Assembly: GCA_963665845.2 (NCBI GenBank)
Contig: OY762492.1
Coordinates: 2,528,001 to 2,592,000, forward strand
Reading direction: 5' to 3'
From: Candidatus Poribacteria bacterium
Lineage (GTDB): Bacteria; Poribacteria; WGA-4E; GCA-2687025
DNA: 64,000 bases
Below are positions 28,831 through 38,104 of the stretch, in pieces. The first letter of the stretch is position 1. The number at the start of each line of letters is the position of its first letter. The translations under genes were made by a program, and so were the position numbers. The notes under the pieces are model-generated. The model ran no database searches and had not been told where the DNA came from. It saw nothing but the letters and a program-made list of their open reading frames with translations.

Positions 28831-29627
28831 ATGAAACGATCTGGATTGCGCATAGCGGCGGCGATGTCGATGGCGGCGTTCATGACAGCGGCGACGGCGC
28901 AGGATCAAGAGTACATTGTTCGGTATGCGCCAGAGGCGGCGCTTCCTGACGATCCTGCCTCCCTGTGGTCGATTGTCGATTTTGTCGAGTTGGACAAGGA
29001 CGATTTTACGGCGGCGGCATACACAACGGAAACGAGGACGCCAGCGGACGATTTCTGCTTCTTTGGAACGAAGAAGGCATCATCCTGATGATCGAAGTGA
29101 CAGACGATTCGCACCTGAACAACAACACTGGAGACGACATCTGGGTTGGCGACAGCGTCCAGGCCGCCATTGAACCGACAGGCGAGCGTCCGCCGGGCGG
29201 AGACGGCGTCATGTACGAATTCAACTTTGGACTCGGCGCTCCCAATTCCTCGACGCCCAGTTTCGCGCGCGAACTGCGGCATTTCAAAGGACCTGCAGAG
29301 TTCCACCCTGAAACAGTTTTTTACGAATTCGAGCGGGTGGAGAAGCATAAGCTGACCAAGTATCTGGTCTTCTTTCCTGCCAAACAGATCGCGCCCGCCG
29401 AGATGAAGGCGGATACAACGATGGGGCTGGGACTCATCGTGAACGACGGCGACGACGAACCTGGACAAGACGGACAAAAAGGATGGCTCGGATGGGGCGC
29501 CAACTCCATCGTCTTTGGAAAAGACGCGAGCCAAACCAACCTGCTCATACTTTCGCAAGCCGCCCTAAGCGTCGATCCAGCCGGCAAGCTGGCAGCGTCC
29601 TGGGCGGACATCAAAACAAGCCGATAA
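28831..29627 (+). pseudogene. Frameshifted paralog of the CBM9-like protein
   Basis: N-terminus in frame of ORF 28723, remainder in frame of ORF 28965; 7 nt (ggagcat) missing near 29009 relative to 27871-28674. Confidence 0.8.
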
Positions 29628-29663
29628 ACAACGGCGCAACACTACAAGAAAGGATCGGATCAT

Positions 29664-30449
29664 ATGAAACGAACAGCGATGGCGGCGGCATGCGCATTTG
29701 CGCTTGCCGGAGCGGCATTTGCCCAAGACCAGGAGTACTCCGCCTACCACACAGGCGGCTCCGCGCCGACAATCGACGCCAACTTGAACGACTGGAGCGG
29801 CGTCCCTGAAGGCGTCGCGCTCGCCGACTTTAGGGAGCATGGCGGCGGCAAATGGAACGGCGAAGACGACGCCAGCGGAACCTTCTGGCTCCTCTGGAAC
29901 GAAAACGGACTCTACTTCGCCGCGGACATCACGGACGACTCGCATCTGAACACAGGCGTCGGCGGCGGCATCTGGAACGGCGACGGAGCGCAGGTCGCCA
30001 TCGACCCGACGGGAGAACGCGCCGGCGGAGGCAATATGTACGAGTTCAACTTCGGTCTCGGCGGCCCCAACTCCGACAGCCCGCAATTCAGCCGGGCGCT
30101 CAAATTTGCGACGGGACCTGCGGAGGTGGGCGTCACGGCGGACGATTACGCGATTGCGCGCATCGAAGGGGAAAAACGGACGCTCTATGAAGCGTTCTTC
30201 CCGGCGGCTGCGATTCCGCCCACGGCTCTAGAAGCGGGCGGCTCCATCGGCTTCGGAATGATTGTGAACGACGGGGACGATGAGCCTGGTCAACAAGGGC
30301 AGAAAGGGTGGCTCGGATGGGGCGCGAACGCGATCGTCTTCGGCAAAGACACCGCGCAGATGAATGTCGTCAACTTCGTCGGAACGCCCGCGTCGGTTGA
30401 TCCGTCGGGCAAGATGGCGTCCTCATGGGGAACGCTCAAAACCCGCTAA
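29664..30449 (+). CDS. Secreted CBM9/DOMON-like sugar-binding protein with C-terminal VDPSGK..WG.LK motif
   Basis: Signal peptide AFA|QD; APTIDANLNDW, LWNENGLYFAADITDD. Confidence 0.8.
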   Translation: MKRTAMAAACAFALAGAAFAQDQEYSAYHTGGSAPTIDANLNDWSGVPEGVALADFREHGGGKWNGEDDASGTFWLLWNENGLYFAADITDDSHLNTGVGGGIWNGDGAQVAIDPTGERAGGGNMYEFNFGLGGPNSDSPQFSRALKFATGPAEVGVTADDYAIARIEGEKRTLYEAFFPAAAIPPTALEAGGSIGFGMIVNDGDDEPGQQGQKGWLGWGANAIVFGKDTAQMNVVNFVGTPASVDPSGKMASSWGTLKTR

Positions 30450-30574
30450 GATTCCCGTTTTCACGGGAATGACGAGAGGTGAACGGAAGATTCCCGTTTT
30501 CACGGGAATGACGAAAAGGTGAACGGAAGATTCCCGTTTTCACGGGAATGACGAAAAGGTGAACGGGAATGACG
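30449..30574. repeat. Tandem array of 39-40 bp units carrying ATTCCCGTTTTCACGGGAAT
   Basis: Palindromes at 30451, 30490, 30530 with near-identical linkers. Confidence 0.92.
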
Positions 30575-30611
30575 AAAAGGGCGGTACCCATCATGGGTAC
30601 CGCCCTTTTTT
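30575..30611. terminator. Bidirectional intrinsic terminator
   Basis: AAAAGGGCGGTACCCA-TCA-TGGGTACCGCCCTTTTTT between convergent genes. Confidence 0.85.
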
Positions 30612-30784
30612 ATGGAGGCTCCGCGTCCGATTCCCCCTTGAAAAGGGGGCTAGGGGGGTTTAAAGAACGGGCGCGGCGGCTGCGATGCCTTTTTATAAAG
30701 GCGCCGCAGAAGACGTCTGCGTTCGCATGCCGACATATCCCAACTTAAGACGCGAGGTCAGATTTTATGGAGGAGCCGTTCCGC

Positions 30785-31774
30785 CTATCTCTTTAAGCCC
30801 GCCCAGACGACAGGCAACTTCCCTCCGCTTGCGACATTCATCGGCGGCTCTTCCGGGTCGTCGCCTTCGAAGGTTGTCGGCGGGGCGTAGGCGAAGGTGT
30901 GCATGAAATGGTTGCCCTGTATGTCCAGAATCTGAGCCACTAGGCTGTTGTCCCCGGCGAGCCAGGCGGTTCGGGTCTGGATCACCGCCGCGTCGCGCGC
31001 GCCCTGAATGGTCGTGTCCCAGCCGACGACGCCCACATCGGAGAGCCGCATCAGGTGCGCTTGATGCAGCCCGATGTCGGAGCCGGCGTTGATGGTGAAC
31101 TGCGCATACTTCTTGCCGTCCAGTTTGACGCCTTTCATATCAACCCCGAACACATCCGGCACATCGTTGATGCGGTGAACGTCGTTGAAGTAATGATGCT
31201 TGTCGAGCCAGCGGCATTCAAAATCGTTGAATTCGTCGTCGCCGGCGCCCATGATCGCCTTCGGATTTGTCAGGTCATGGTAGAGGCCGAACGCGTGGCC
31301 GAGTTCGTGGGCGGTGAGGGAGACATGATCGGGGCAATTGCTATGCTCGGCGATCAGCGCCGTCCCGCCGTTTGCCCAGCCGAAGATGGGAAAGCCTGTC
31401 CCGCAGGGCCAGCCCTCCACAAATTCGGCGCCGGCGAGAAAGATCGCATAGACGTTGTTCTGGTTGCGGAACCGCTGCGGCAGCTCCTGCTCAATCTTGT
31501 TGTAGGTGTCGTGCAGGTAATGGTTGAGCGCATGCTTGCCGCGGAGGATGTGGATCGCCGGGTCGAGGCGGAAGGTTTTCTCGCCGAAGCCGTGCCGATC
31601 CATTTCGGACTGGTACAGCTCCTGCGCGCCTTCGATGAGCCGTTTCACCTTCGCGGTGTTTTCCGCCACATTGGTCGGCTTGAAATAGATCGCCTTGACC
31701 TGAAACGGCAGCTGGGCGGAAGCGCCGGCGGTCGTCAGCAGGGCGGACGCCATCAGAACGAGCAGTTTTTTCAA
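30785..31774 (-). CDS. Secreted metzincin-type zinc metallopeptidase with C-terminal VASGGK..WA.LK motif
   Basis: Signal peptide ASA|Q; HELGHAFGLYH followed by Met-turn AIMG. Confidence 0.82.
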   Translation of the reverse strand: MKKLLVLMASALLTTAGASAQLPFQVKAIYFKPTNVAENTAKVKRLIEGAQELYQSEMDRHGFGEKTFRLDPAIHILRGKHALNHYLHDTYNKIEQELPQRFRNQNNVYAIFLAGAEFVEGWPCGTGFPIFGWANGGTALIAEHSNCPDHVSLTAHELGHAFGLYHDLTNPKAIMGAGDDEFNDFECRWLDKHHYFNDVHRINDVPDVFGVDMKGVKLDGKKYAQFTINAGSDIGLHQAHLMRLSDVGVVGWDTTIQGARDAAVIQTRTAWLAGDNSLVAQILDIQGNHFMHTFAYAPPTTFEGDDPEEPPMNVASGGKLPVVWAGLKR

Positions 31775-31979
31775 ATCGTCTCCTCAACAAAAGGTGTTTG
31801 ACATGTCATGGGGCGGATGCGCCTAAAGCGCAAGGGTATAATGCGACTGCAGACATCCTCTGATGCGCTTAAGATTCCCGCTTACGCGGGAATGACGGAA
31901 ACGGCGCGCGAGTGACCCCGTTTTCACGAGGGCAGGCTATGAGGGCGCGGGAATACGGCATCAACAGCAACGCGCTCCT

Positions 31980-33116
31980 TTATATATAGTCGGTGGAGCC
32001 GTCAGGGCGCAGCCGGCATGTGCGCTGCCAGTGGATATAGCGGTCGCTGCGGATGGCGTCTTCGTTCACCTCCACGCCGAACCCTGGGCGGTCGCGCAGC
32101 TCCAGAAAGCCGTCCACGGGGTCATACGGATCGTCCAGCCAATGGTTTCTGCCAGGCAGGCTGCAGTATTCCAGTATTTTGAAGTTGGGCGTCGCGGCGG
32201 CGAAATGCACATTCACGGCGGTGGCGAGCGGTCCCATCGGGTTGTGCGGCGCGACAGTCACATAATGCGCCTCGGCGATGGCGGCGATCTTGCGCATCTC
32301 AAGCAGCCCGCCGACGGAGCAGATGTCCGGCTGAATGATGTCGGCGCCTTGCTGCGCGAGCAGGTCTAAAAACTCAAAGCGGGTGTAAAGGCATTCGCCC
32401 GTCGCAAGCGGAACCTGCATCTGCGCGCGCAGACGCCCCCAGGCGGGGCGGTGTTCAGGGCGCAGCGGCTCCTCATAGAAGTACGGGTCGTACGGCGCGA
32501 GCGCGTTGGCGAGCTGGAGCGCCCGGATCGGCTCAAAGATTTTGGCGTGCGGGTCGAACGCGAATTCCCATTCGTCAGGGCATTCGTTTCGCAGCTGTTC
32601 AAAGAATTGCGCGCCCGCTTTGCACATCAGCCCCCATCTTGCCGATTCGGTCGGCAGTTTGTAGGGGCTGGTTTTGAAGGCGGTAAAGCCCCACTCTTCG
32701 TTCCGCTGTTTTGCTTGATCGGCGGCTTCTTTGCCGTCGCGCCCGCGGATGTGGCAGTATATCCAGACGCGGTCACGCGCCGCGCCGCCGAGCAGCATAT
32801 AGACCGGCAGGTTCGCCGCCTTGCCGCTGATGTCCCAGAAGGCGTGATCGACAGCGGAGATGGCCGCCAACGCGACGCCCCCCTGCGGAAACCGAAACTG
32901 CTGAAATAGTTTCAGCATCAGAAACTCAATGCGGCGCGGGTCCTCCCCCTTGATCATCTCAAAGATGTAGTCGACGATCGGTTCGATGGCGCGTTCGGGT
33001 CCGTGGCAGTACGCCTCGCCCCATCCGTAGATGCCCTCGTCCGTTTCGACCTTGACGAGCGCGCGGGGGCGCCCTCCTTCGTGGGTGAGGTAGGTTTTCA
33101 TGGCGGTGATTTTCAT
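31980..33116 (-). CDS. Mandelate racemase/enolase-superfamily acid-sugar dehydratase (galactonate dehydratase-like)
   Basis: TDEGIYGWGE, WDISGK, EEP, ATGE, IIQPD, APHNP. Confidence 0.9.
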   Translation of the reverse strand: MKITAMKTYLTHEGGRPRALVKVETDEGIYGWGEAYCHGPERAIEPIVDYIFEMIKGEDPRRIEFLMLKLFQQFRFPQGGVALAAISAVDHAFWDISGKAANLPVYMLLGGAARDRVWIYCHIRGRDGKEAADQAKQRNEEWGFTAFKTSPYKLPTESARWGLMCKAGAQFFEQLRNECPDEWEFAFDPHAKIFEPIRALQLANALAPYDPYFYEEPLRPEHRPAWGRLRAQMQVPLATGECLYTRFEFLDLLAQQGADIIQPDICSVGGLLEMRKIAAIAEAHYVTVAPHNPMGPLATAVNVHFAAATPNFKILEYCSLPGRNHWLDDPYDPVDGFLELRDRPGFGVEVNEDAIRSDRYIHWQRTCRLRPDGSTDYI

Positions 33117-34438
33117 GTCCGCCTCTCCTCTTGTGTCGGCTCCGCATACGCCTTCAAAGGGCGCATATGGCGCAGATCCACCGACGCCTGCACGGAGACG
33201 CCTGTTTCATGATGCTCAACCTGATGGACGCTGCCGACCTCGTGCAGGTAGGAGAGCAGTTTGCCCTGCTCATGCGTCAGCTCAATGCGGTAGTTCTGGA
33301 TGTTCGGCGCGGCAACCTCGCCGATGCGCTCCTTGAGCCGATCTAGACCCTCGCCTGTCAGCGCCGAAACGGGGACCGCGTCCGGATGCGCAGCCATCGC
33401 TTCCTGCAGCGGTTCCTCGTCTTGCAGGGCGTCTATTTTGTTAAAAAGAATGATTGTCGGTCTGTCCAACGCTCCGATTTCCTTTAGAACGATGTTGACC
33501 GCCTCAATCTGTTGAAGCGGAAATGCGCAGGCGATGTCGACCACATGGAGCAGCAGGTCCGCTTCGCTCGTCTCCTCCAGCGTCGCGCGGAAGGAGGTCA
33601 CCAGCTTATGCGGCAGCCGGCGGATAAATCCGACCGTGTCGGTCAACAGAGCGTCCGAGCCTATCGGCAGCTCAAGGCGGCGCGTCGTCGTATCGAGCGT
33701 CTTGAACAGCTTGTCCTCCGCGGCGGCATGCGTCTCTCCGGTGAGCGCGTTCAACAGCGACGACTTCCCCGCGTTCGTGTACCCGACAAGCGAGGCGGTG
33801 AACTGATCGGCGCGCCCCGCCCGCGACACGCGCCGTTGACGCGACACTTTCGCGAGCTCTCTTCGCAGCTGCCGGATGCGGCGTTGGATAAGCCGTCTGT
33901 CCATGGCGAGCTGCGTTTCGCCGGGACCGCGCGTTCCCGCCCCGCCGCCGACGCCCGATCCGCCGCCGACGCGCGACAAATGCGTCCACGCCCGCCGCAA
34001 ACGAGACGAGTCATGTTCCAGCTGCGCCATCTCCACCTGCAGCGCCGCCTCTTTCGTCTGGGCGCGCTGGGCGAAGATGTCTAGGATGATGTCGGTGCGG
34101 TCGATGACCGGCGTTTCAAGTATCTCTTCAAGGTTGCGCAGTTGGCCGGGCGAGAGGTCGCCGTCAAACAGAAAAACGTCCGCCTTGACCTCCTCGTTGA
34201 GCGTTTTGAGCTCTTCCGCCTTGCCTTTGCCAATGAGCGTCGCCGCGTCGGGAGCGTTCCGCGTTTGCATGGCGCGGCACACGACCTCAATGCCGGCGGT
34301 GTCGGCGAGCGCCGCCATCTCTTCAAGCGACTCGGCGCCGTCATAGTCGCCGAAACGCGCGTCCTTCCATTCGACGCCGATGAGAATGGCGCGTTCCTGT
34401 TTTTCTAAACGCTCGCGCCAGTTGAATAATTCTCTCAT
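33113..34438 (-). CDS. hflX: GTPase HflX
   Basis: ILDIFAQRA, GPGETQL, GYTNAGKS, DTVGFI, NKID. Confidence 0.95.
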   Translation of the reverse strand: MRELFNWRERLEKQERAILIGVEWKDARFGDYDGAESLEEMAALADTAGIEVVCRAMQTRNAPDAATLIGKGKAEELKTLNEEVKADVFLFDGDLSPGQLRNLEEILETPVIDRTDIILDIFAQRAQTKEAALQVEMAQLEHDSSRLRRAWTHLSRVGGGSGVGGGAGTRGPGETQLAMDRRLIQRRIRQLRRELAKVSRQRRVSRAGRADQFTASLVGYTNAGKSSLLNALTGETHAAAEDKLFKTLDTTTRRLELPIGSDALLTDTVGFIRRLPHKLVTSFRATLEETSEADLLLHVVDIACAFPLQQIEAVNIVLKEIGALDRPTIILFNKIDALQDEEPLQEAMAAHPDAVPVSALTGEGLDRLKERIGEVAAPNIQNYRIELTHEQGKLLSYLHEVGSVHQVEHHETGVSVQASVDLRHMRPLKAYAEPTQEERRT

Positions 34439-34583
34439 ACGCTTCTCCAAATAACGGCTCGCTTCCGATACGTCTGTATATTTTACAGCATACGCCGCTT
34501 TTCGGCAAGCTGCCGACGCGCTGGATTTTTCCTGCGCATTGCATTATATTGGATGCGTCAGCGAAACGGTCAAGGGGGCGGGC

Positions 34584-35954
34584 GTGAATCAGCATCAGCC
34601 AAACTGGACAAACCGAACCATGTGGACAGGCGACAACCTGGACATCATGCGCGGCATGAACTCCGACAGCGTCGACCTGATCTACTTAGACCCGCCGTTT
34701 AATTCGAATCAAAATTATTCGGCGCCGATCGGATCGGAAGCGGCGGGCGCGGCGTTCAAAGACACATGGACTCTGGACGATGTGGACCTCGCTTGGCATG
34801 GCGAGATTGCCGACCGAGAGCCTGCCCTGTACGCTGTGATCGAAGCGGCGGGCGCCGCGCACGGCAAAGGCATGAAGTCCTACGCGGTCATGATGGCGGT
34901 TCGTTTGCTGGAGATGAAGCGCGTCTTGAAGGATACGGGCAGCATTTACCTGCATTGCGATTCGACCGCGTCTCATTATCTGAAGCTGATCATGGACGCT
35001 GTTTTTGGGAGAGTGAATTTTCAAAACGAAATTATATGGAAACGGAACCCGTCACATCCAGATTCAAAAATATTTGGGAAAATCTCTGATACGATTCTTT
35101 TTTACGGTCAAAAAATCCATAAGGATGCAGTACGGATTCCTTTAGACAGCGGCGCCATTCAATCGCATTACAGGCATGAAGATTCTGCCGGCCGCTATAG
35201 ACCTGAAAACTTAAAGGCCGGCGGCTTACAGGGGGGCGGATATCTGTATGACTTCTATGGGCATCCAGGTCCCTGGCGCTGTCCAGAGTCGACCATGAAG
35301 CGGTGGGAATCTGAAGGGCGCATTCATTTTCCAAAAAAGAAAGGCGGCGCGCCTCAAAGAAAGCGGTATCTTCATGAACACCCTGGGACGGTTCCAACGA
35401 ATATATGGACAGACATTAAAAGAGCGCGCGGAAATGAGCGCACAGGCTATCCAACGCAGAAGCCGATCGCGCTGCTTGACCGCATCATCAAGGCGTCCTC
35501 CAACGAGGGCGATACGGTTCTGGATCCGTTCTGCGGCTGCGCGACGGCATGCGTCGCCGCCGAACGTTTGAACCGCCGATGGGCGGGAATCGACCTGTCG
35601 CCGAAGGCGGCGCAGCTGGTCAAGATACGCATTGAAAAGGACAATCCGCTTCTGTTTTCGCAGCGTCCAATGGCGCATCGAACCGATATACCGAACCGTA
35701 CCGATCTCGGCAAGCTGCCGAATTACCGGACGCATAAGCATACGTTGTTTGGAAAGCAGGAGGGCGATTGCGCGGGCTGTCAAATCGCGTTTCCGTTCAG
35801 GAACTTCACCATCGATCATATCGTCCCGCGCAGCAAGGGCGGGTCGGATCATCTCGACAACCTGCAGCTGCTGTGCGGCGCATGCAACTCAACGAAGGGG
35901 AACCGCGATCAGGCGTATCTGTTGGCGCAACTGAAACGCAACGGCATTCTTTGA
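34584..35954 (+). CDS. N6-A/N4-C DNA methyltransferase fused to C-terminal HNH endonuclease (paralog B)
   Basis: DLIYLDPPF, GYPTQKP, VLDPFCGCAT, CAGC..DHIVPRSKGG..NLQLLCGACN; GTG 34584 chosen as start by alignment with paralog A. Confidence 0.92.
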   Translation: MNQHQPNWTNRTMWTGDNLDIMRGMNSDSVDLIYLDPPFNSNQNYSAPIGSEAAGAAFKDTWTLDDVDLAWHGEIADREPALYAVIEAAGAAHGKGMKSYAVMMAVRLLEMKRVLKDTGSIYLHCDSTASHYLKLIMDAVFGRVNFQNEIIWKRNPSHPDSKIFGKISDTILFYGQKIHKDAVRIPLDSGAIQSHYRHEDSAGRYRPENLKAGGLQGGGYLYDFYGHPGPWRCPESTMKRWESEGRIHFPKKKGGAPQRKRYLHEHPGTVPTNIWTDIKRARGNERTGYPTQKPIALLDRIIKASSNEGDTVLDPFCGCATACVAAERLNRRWAGIDLSPKAAQLVKIRIEKDNPLLFSQRPMAHRTDIPNRTDLGKLPNYRTHKHTLFGKQEGDCAGCQIAFPFRNFTIDHIVPRSKGGSDHLDNLQLLCGACNSTKGNRDQAYLLAQLKRNGIL

Positions 35955-35959
35955 CGGAT

Positions 35960-36218
35960 AGTCTCTACAGGCGATGACGACAAAAATCCCGTTTGAGTTG
36001 TGCTAATCGTGATTCCGCGCACGGAACTAAAACCCCCCCAGCCCCCCTTTTCAAGGGGGGAGTCCAGAAACCGCGCCCCAACCGCTGTTATTGGGCTATT
36101 CGTTCCCCGCTTCCGCGAGGACATGCATTCCCGCGTAAGCGGGAATCCAGAGTTTTCCCAGACAGCCTCCGCATTCCAAAACGACTCTCTAAAATCAAGA
36201 TCATCGCCTATAGAGACT
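35960..36218. mobile_element. MITE-like element family B
   Basis: TIRs agtctctacaggcgatga / tcatcgcctatagagact. Confidence 0.72.
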
Positions 36219-36481
36219 GCCCTTTGACGCGGGGAGAGCGCCGCAGAAACCCCCCTGCCCTCACAACGGGGAGAGTGAAGCCCCTGAAAATGGGGTTTAA
36301 ATCGCTTAGCGCCGCTTCTGGATTCCCGCTGGCGCGGAAATGACAAGGAGGGGTCGCGGAATGACTGCATGGATCGGCGGGCGCGTCAACTAAAAGCGCG
36401 CGGCGGGAGCGAACCTTGCGCTCCAACGCAAAACAGCGTATGCTTTAGGCGCGTTAGGTGGATTCACGATGGGAGAAAGCG

Positions 36482-38032
36482 ATGCGTTCCGCGCCGTTGA
36501 CCGACAAGGCGCTCATTTTGCGCGCGGGCGACGATGTCGCTGTCGCGCGGGAGTGGATACCCGCCGGCGCGGCGCTGTCGCGCGGCGGAGACATTTTACA
36601 GACCGCCGAGCCGATTCGACCCGGACATAAACTCGCCCTGAAAGCGATACCGAAGGACGCCCCTGTCCGCAAATACGGACATGTGATCGGGTTCGCGTCC
36701 CAAGAGATCGCGCCCGGCGCGCATGTGCATACTCACAACCTAGAGGCGCGCGACTTCGACCGCGACTACCGCTTCGGCGAGGACGCGGTCCCGCTGGAGC
36801 CTTACCCTCCCAGCAAGGCGCGAACCTTTGACGGCTATCTCCGCTCGGACGGGCGCGTCGGAACGCGCAACTACATCGCTGTCATCTCCACCGTGAACTG
36901 CTCCGCCAGCGTCTCTCATTATGTGTCGCGCGAGTTTTCAGACGAGCGGTTGAGCGAATATCCGAATGTGGACGGGCTGCTGCCGTTGACGCACAAAGGC
37001 GGCTGCGGCGGCGTCTTGGGAGGCGCGGACTACATCCAGCTGCAGCGCACGCTCGCCGGCATGGCGACCCACCCGAACGTATACGGGTATATCCTGATGG
37101 GCTTGGGCTGCGAAGTGAATCAGATGGCGGATCTGGCGGCGAACGAGGGCTTGTTGACGATAGACGGCATGGGCGCCCCGCCGAAGATGATCTCCATTCA
37201 GGCGGAAGGCGGCATCCAAAAGGCGGTTGAGGCGGGCTGCGCCGCGGTGGAAGAGATGCTGCCGCATGCGGACGCTTGCCGACGGACGCCGCAGCCGCTC
37301 TCCAAGCTGATTGTCGGGGCGGAGTGCGGCGGTTCCGACGCGCATTCCGGCGTCACGGCGAACCCGGCGGTCGGCTGCTTCGGCGACGAGCTGGCGCGGC
37401 ATGGCGGAACGCACTGCATCGGCGAGACGCCGGAGATGTACGGCGCTGAACATCTGCTGACGGCGCGCGCGTCCAGCGAACAGGTCGGCAGGCGGCTGGT
37501 GGAGCGCATCCGCTGGTGGGAAAAGCACGCCGCCGCGCATGGCGCCAAGATCGACAACAACCCGACGCCCGGCAACAAGGAGGGCGGCTTGACGACGATC
37601 TATGAAAAGTCGCTCGGCGCGATTGCGAAGGGCGGTTCGTCGCCGCTGCGCGCTGTTTACGGGTACGCCGAGCGGATTACGGAGAGCGGCTTTGTGGCGA
37701 TGGACACCCCTGGCTACGATCCGGTGTCGGTGACCGGCATGGCGGCGGGCGGCGCGACGGTCATTCTGTTCACCACAGGGCGCGGGAGCGTCTTCGGGTT
37801 CAAGCCCTCCCCCTCCATTAAGATTGCGACGAATTCGCGCCTGTTTCATCATATGCCGGACGATATGGACATCAACGCCGGCGCGGTTTTAGAGGGCAAA
37901 ACGGTGGATGAGGTCGGTCAAGAAATTTTTGAGGCGGTCGTCGAGACAGCCTCCGGCAAAAAAACGAAGAGCGAACTGGCAGGCGTCGGCGAATTGGAGT
38001 TCAACCCATGGACGCTGGGTCCGATTTTGTAG
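36482..38032 (+). CDS. uxaA: UxaA/GarD family altronate/galactarate dehydratase with SAF domain
   Basis: GHKLA..VRKYG, GRVGTRN, GLGCE, CGGSD, NPTPGNKEGGL, FTTGRG; exact substrate uncertain. Confidence 0.85.
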   Translation: MRSAPLTDKALILRAGDDVAVAREWIPAGAALSRGGDILQTAEPIRPGHKLALKAIPKDAPVRKYGHVIGFASQEIAPGAHVHTHNLEARDFDRDYRFGEDAVPLEPYPPSKARTFDGYLRSDGRVGTRNYIAVISTVNCSASVSHYVSREFSDERLSEYPNVDGLLPLTHKGGCGGVLGGADYIQLQRTLAGMATHPNVYGYILMGLGCEVNQMADLAANEGLLTIDGMGAPPKMISIQAEGGIQKAVEAGCAAVEEMLPHADACRRTPQPLSKLIVGAECGGSDAHSGVTANPAVGCFGDELARHGGTHCIGETPEMYGAEHLLTARASSEQVGRRLVERIRWWEKHAAAHGAKIDNNPTPGNKEGGLTTIYEKSLGAIAKGGSSPLRAVYGYAERITESGFVAMDTPGYDPVSVTGMAAGGATVILFTTGRGSVFGFKPSPSIKIATNSRLFHHMPDDMDINAGAVLEGKTVDEVGQEIFEAVVETASGKKTKSELAGVGELEFNPWTLGPIL

Positions 38033-38104
38033 CCTCCGCGGCGCATGGGGCGCATCATTGAGTCGCGGTTGAGCCGCTTTAAACAAAAGAAAGGGAACGG
38101 ACAA

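Noticed and set aside
30449-30574. Possible CRISPR array (palindromic repeats at regular spacing)
   Set aside because: Linkers are near-identical and only ~15-20 bp, the repeat is the dispersed palindrome, and there are no cas genes
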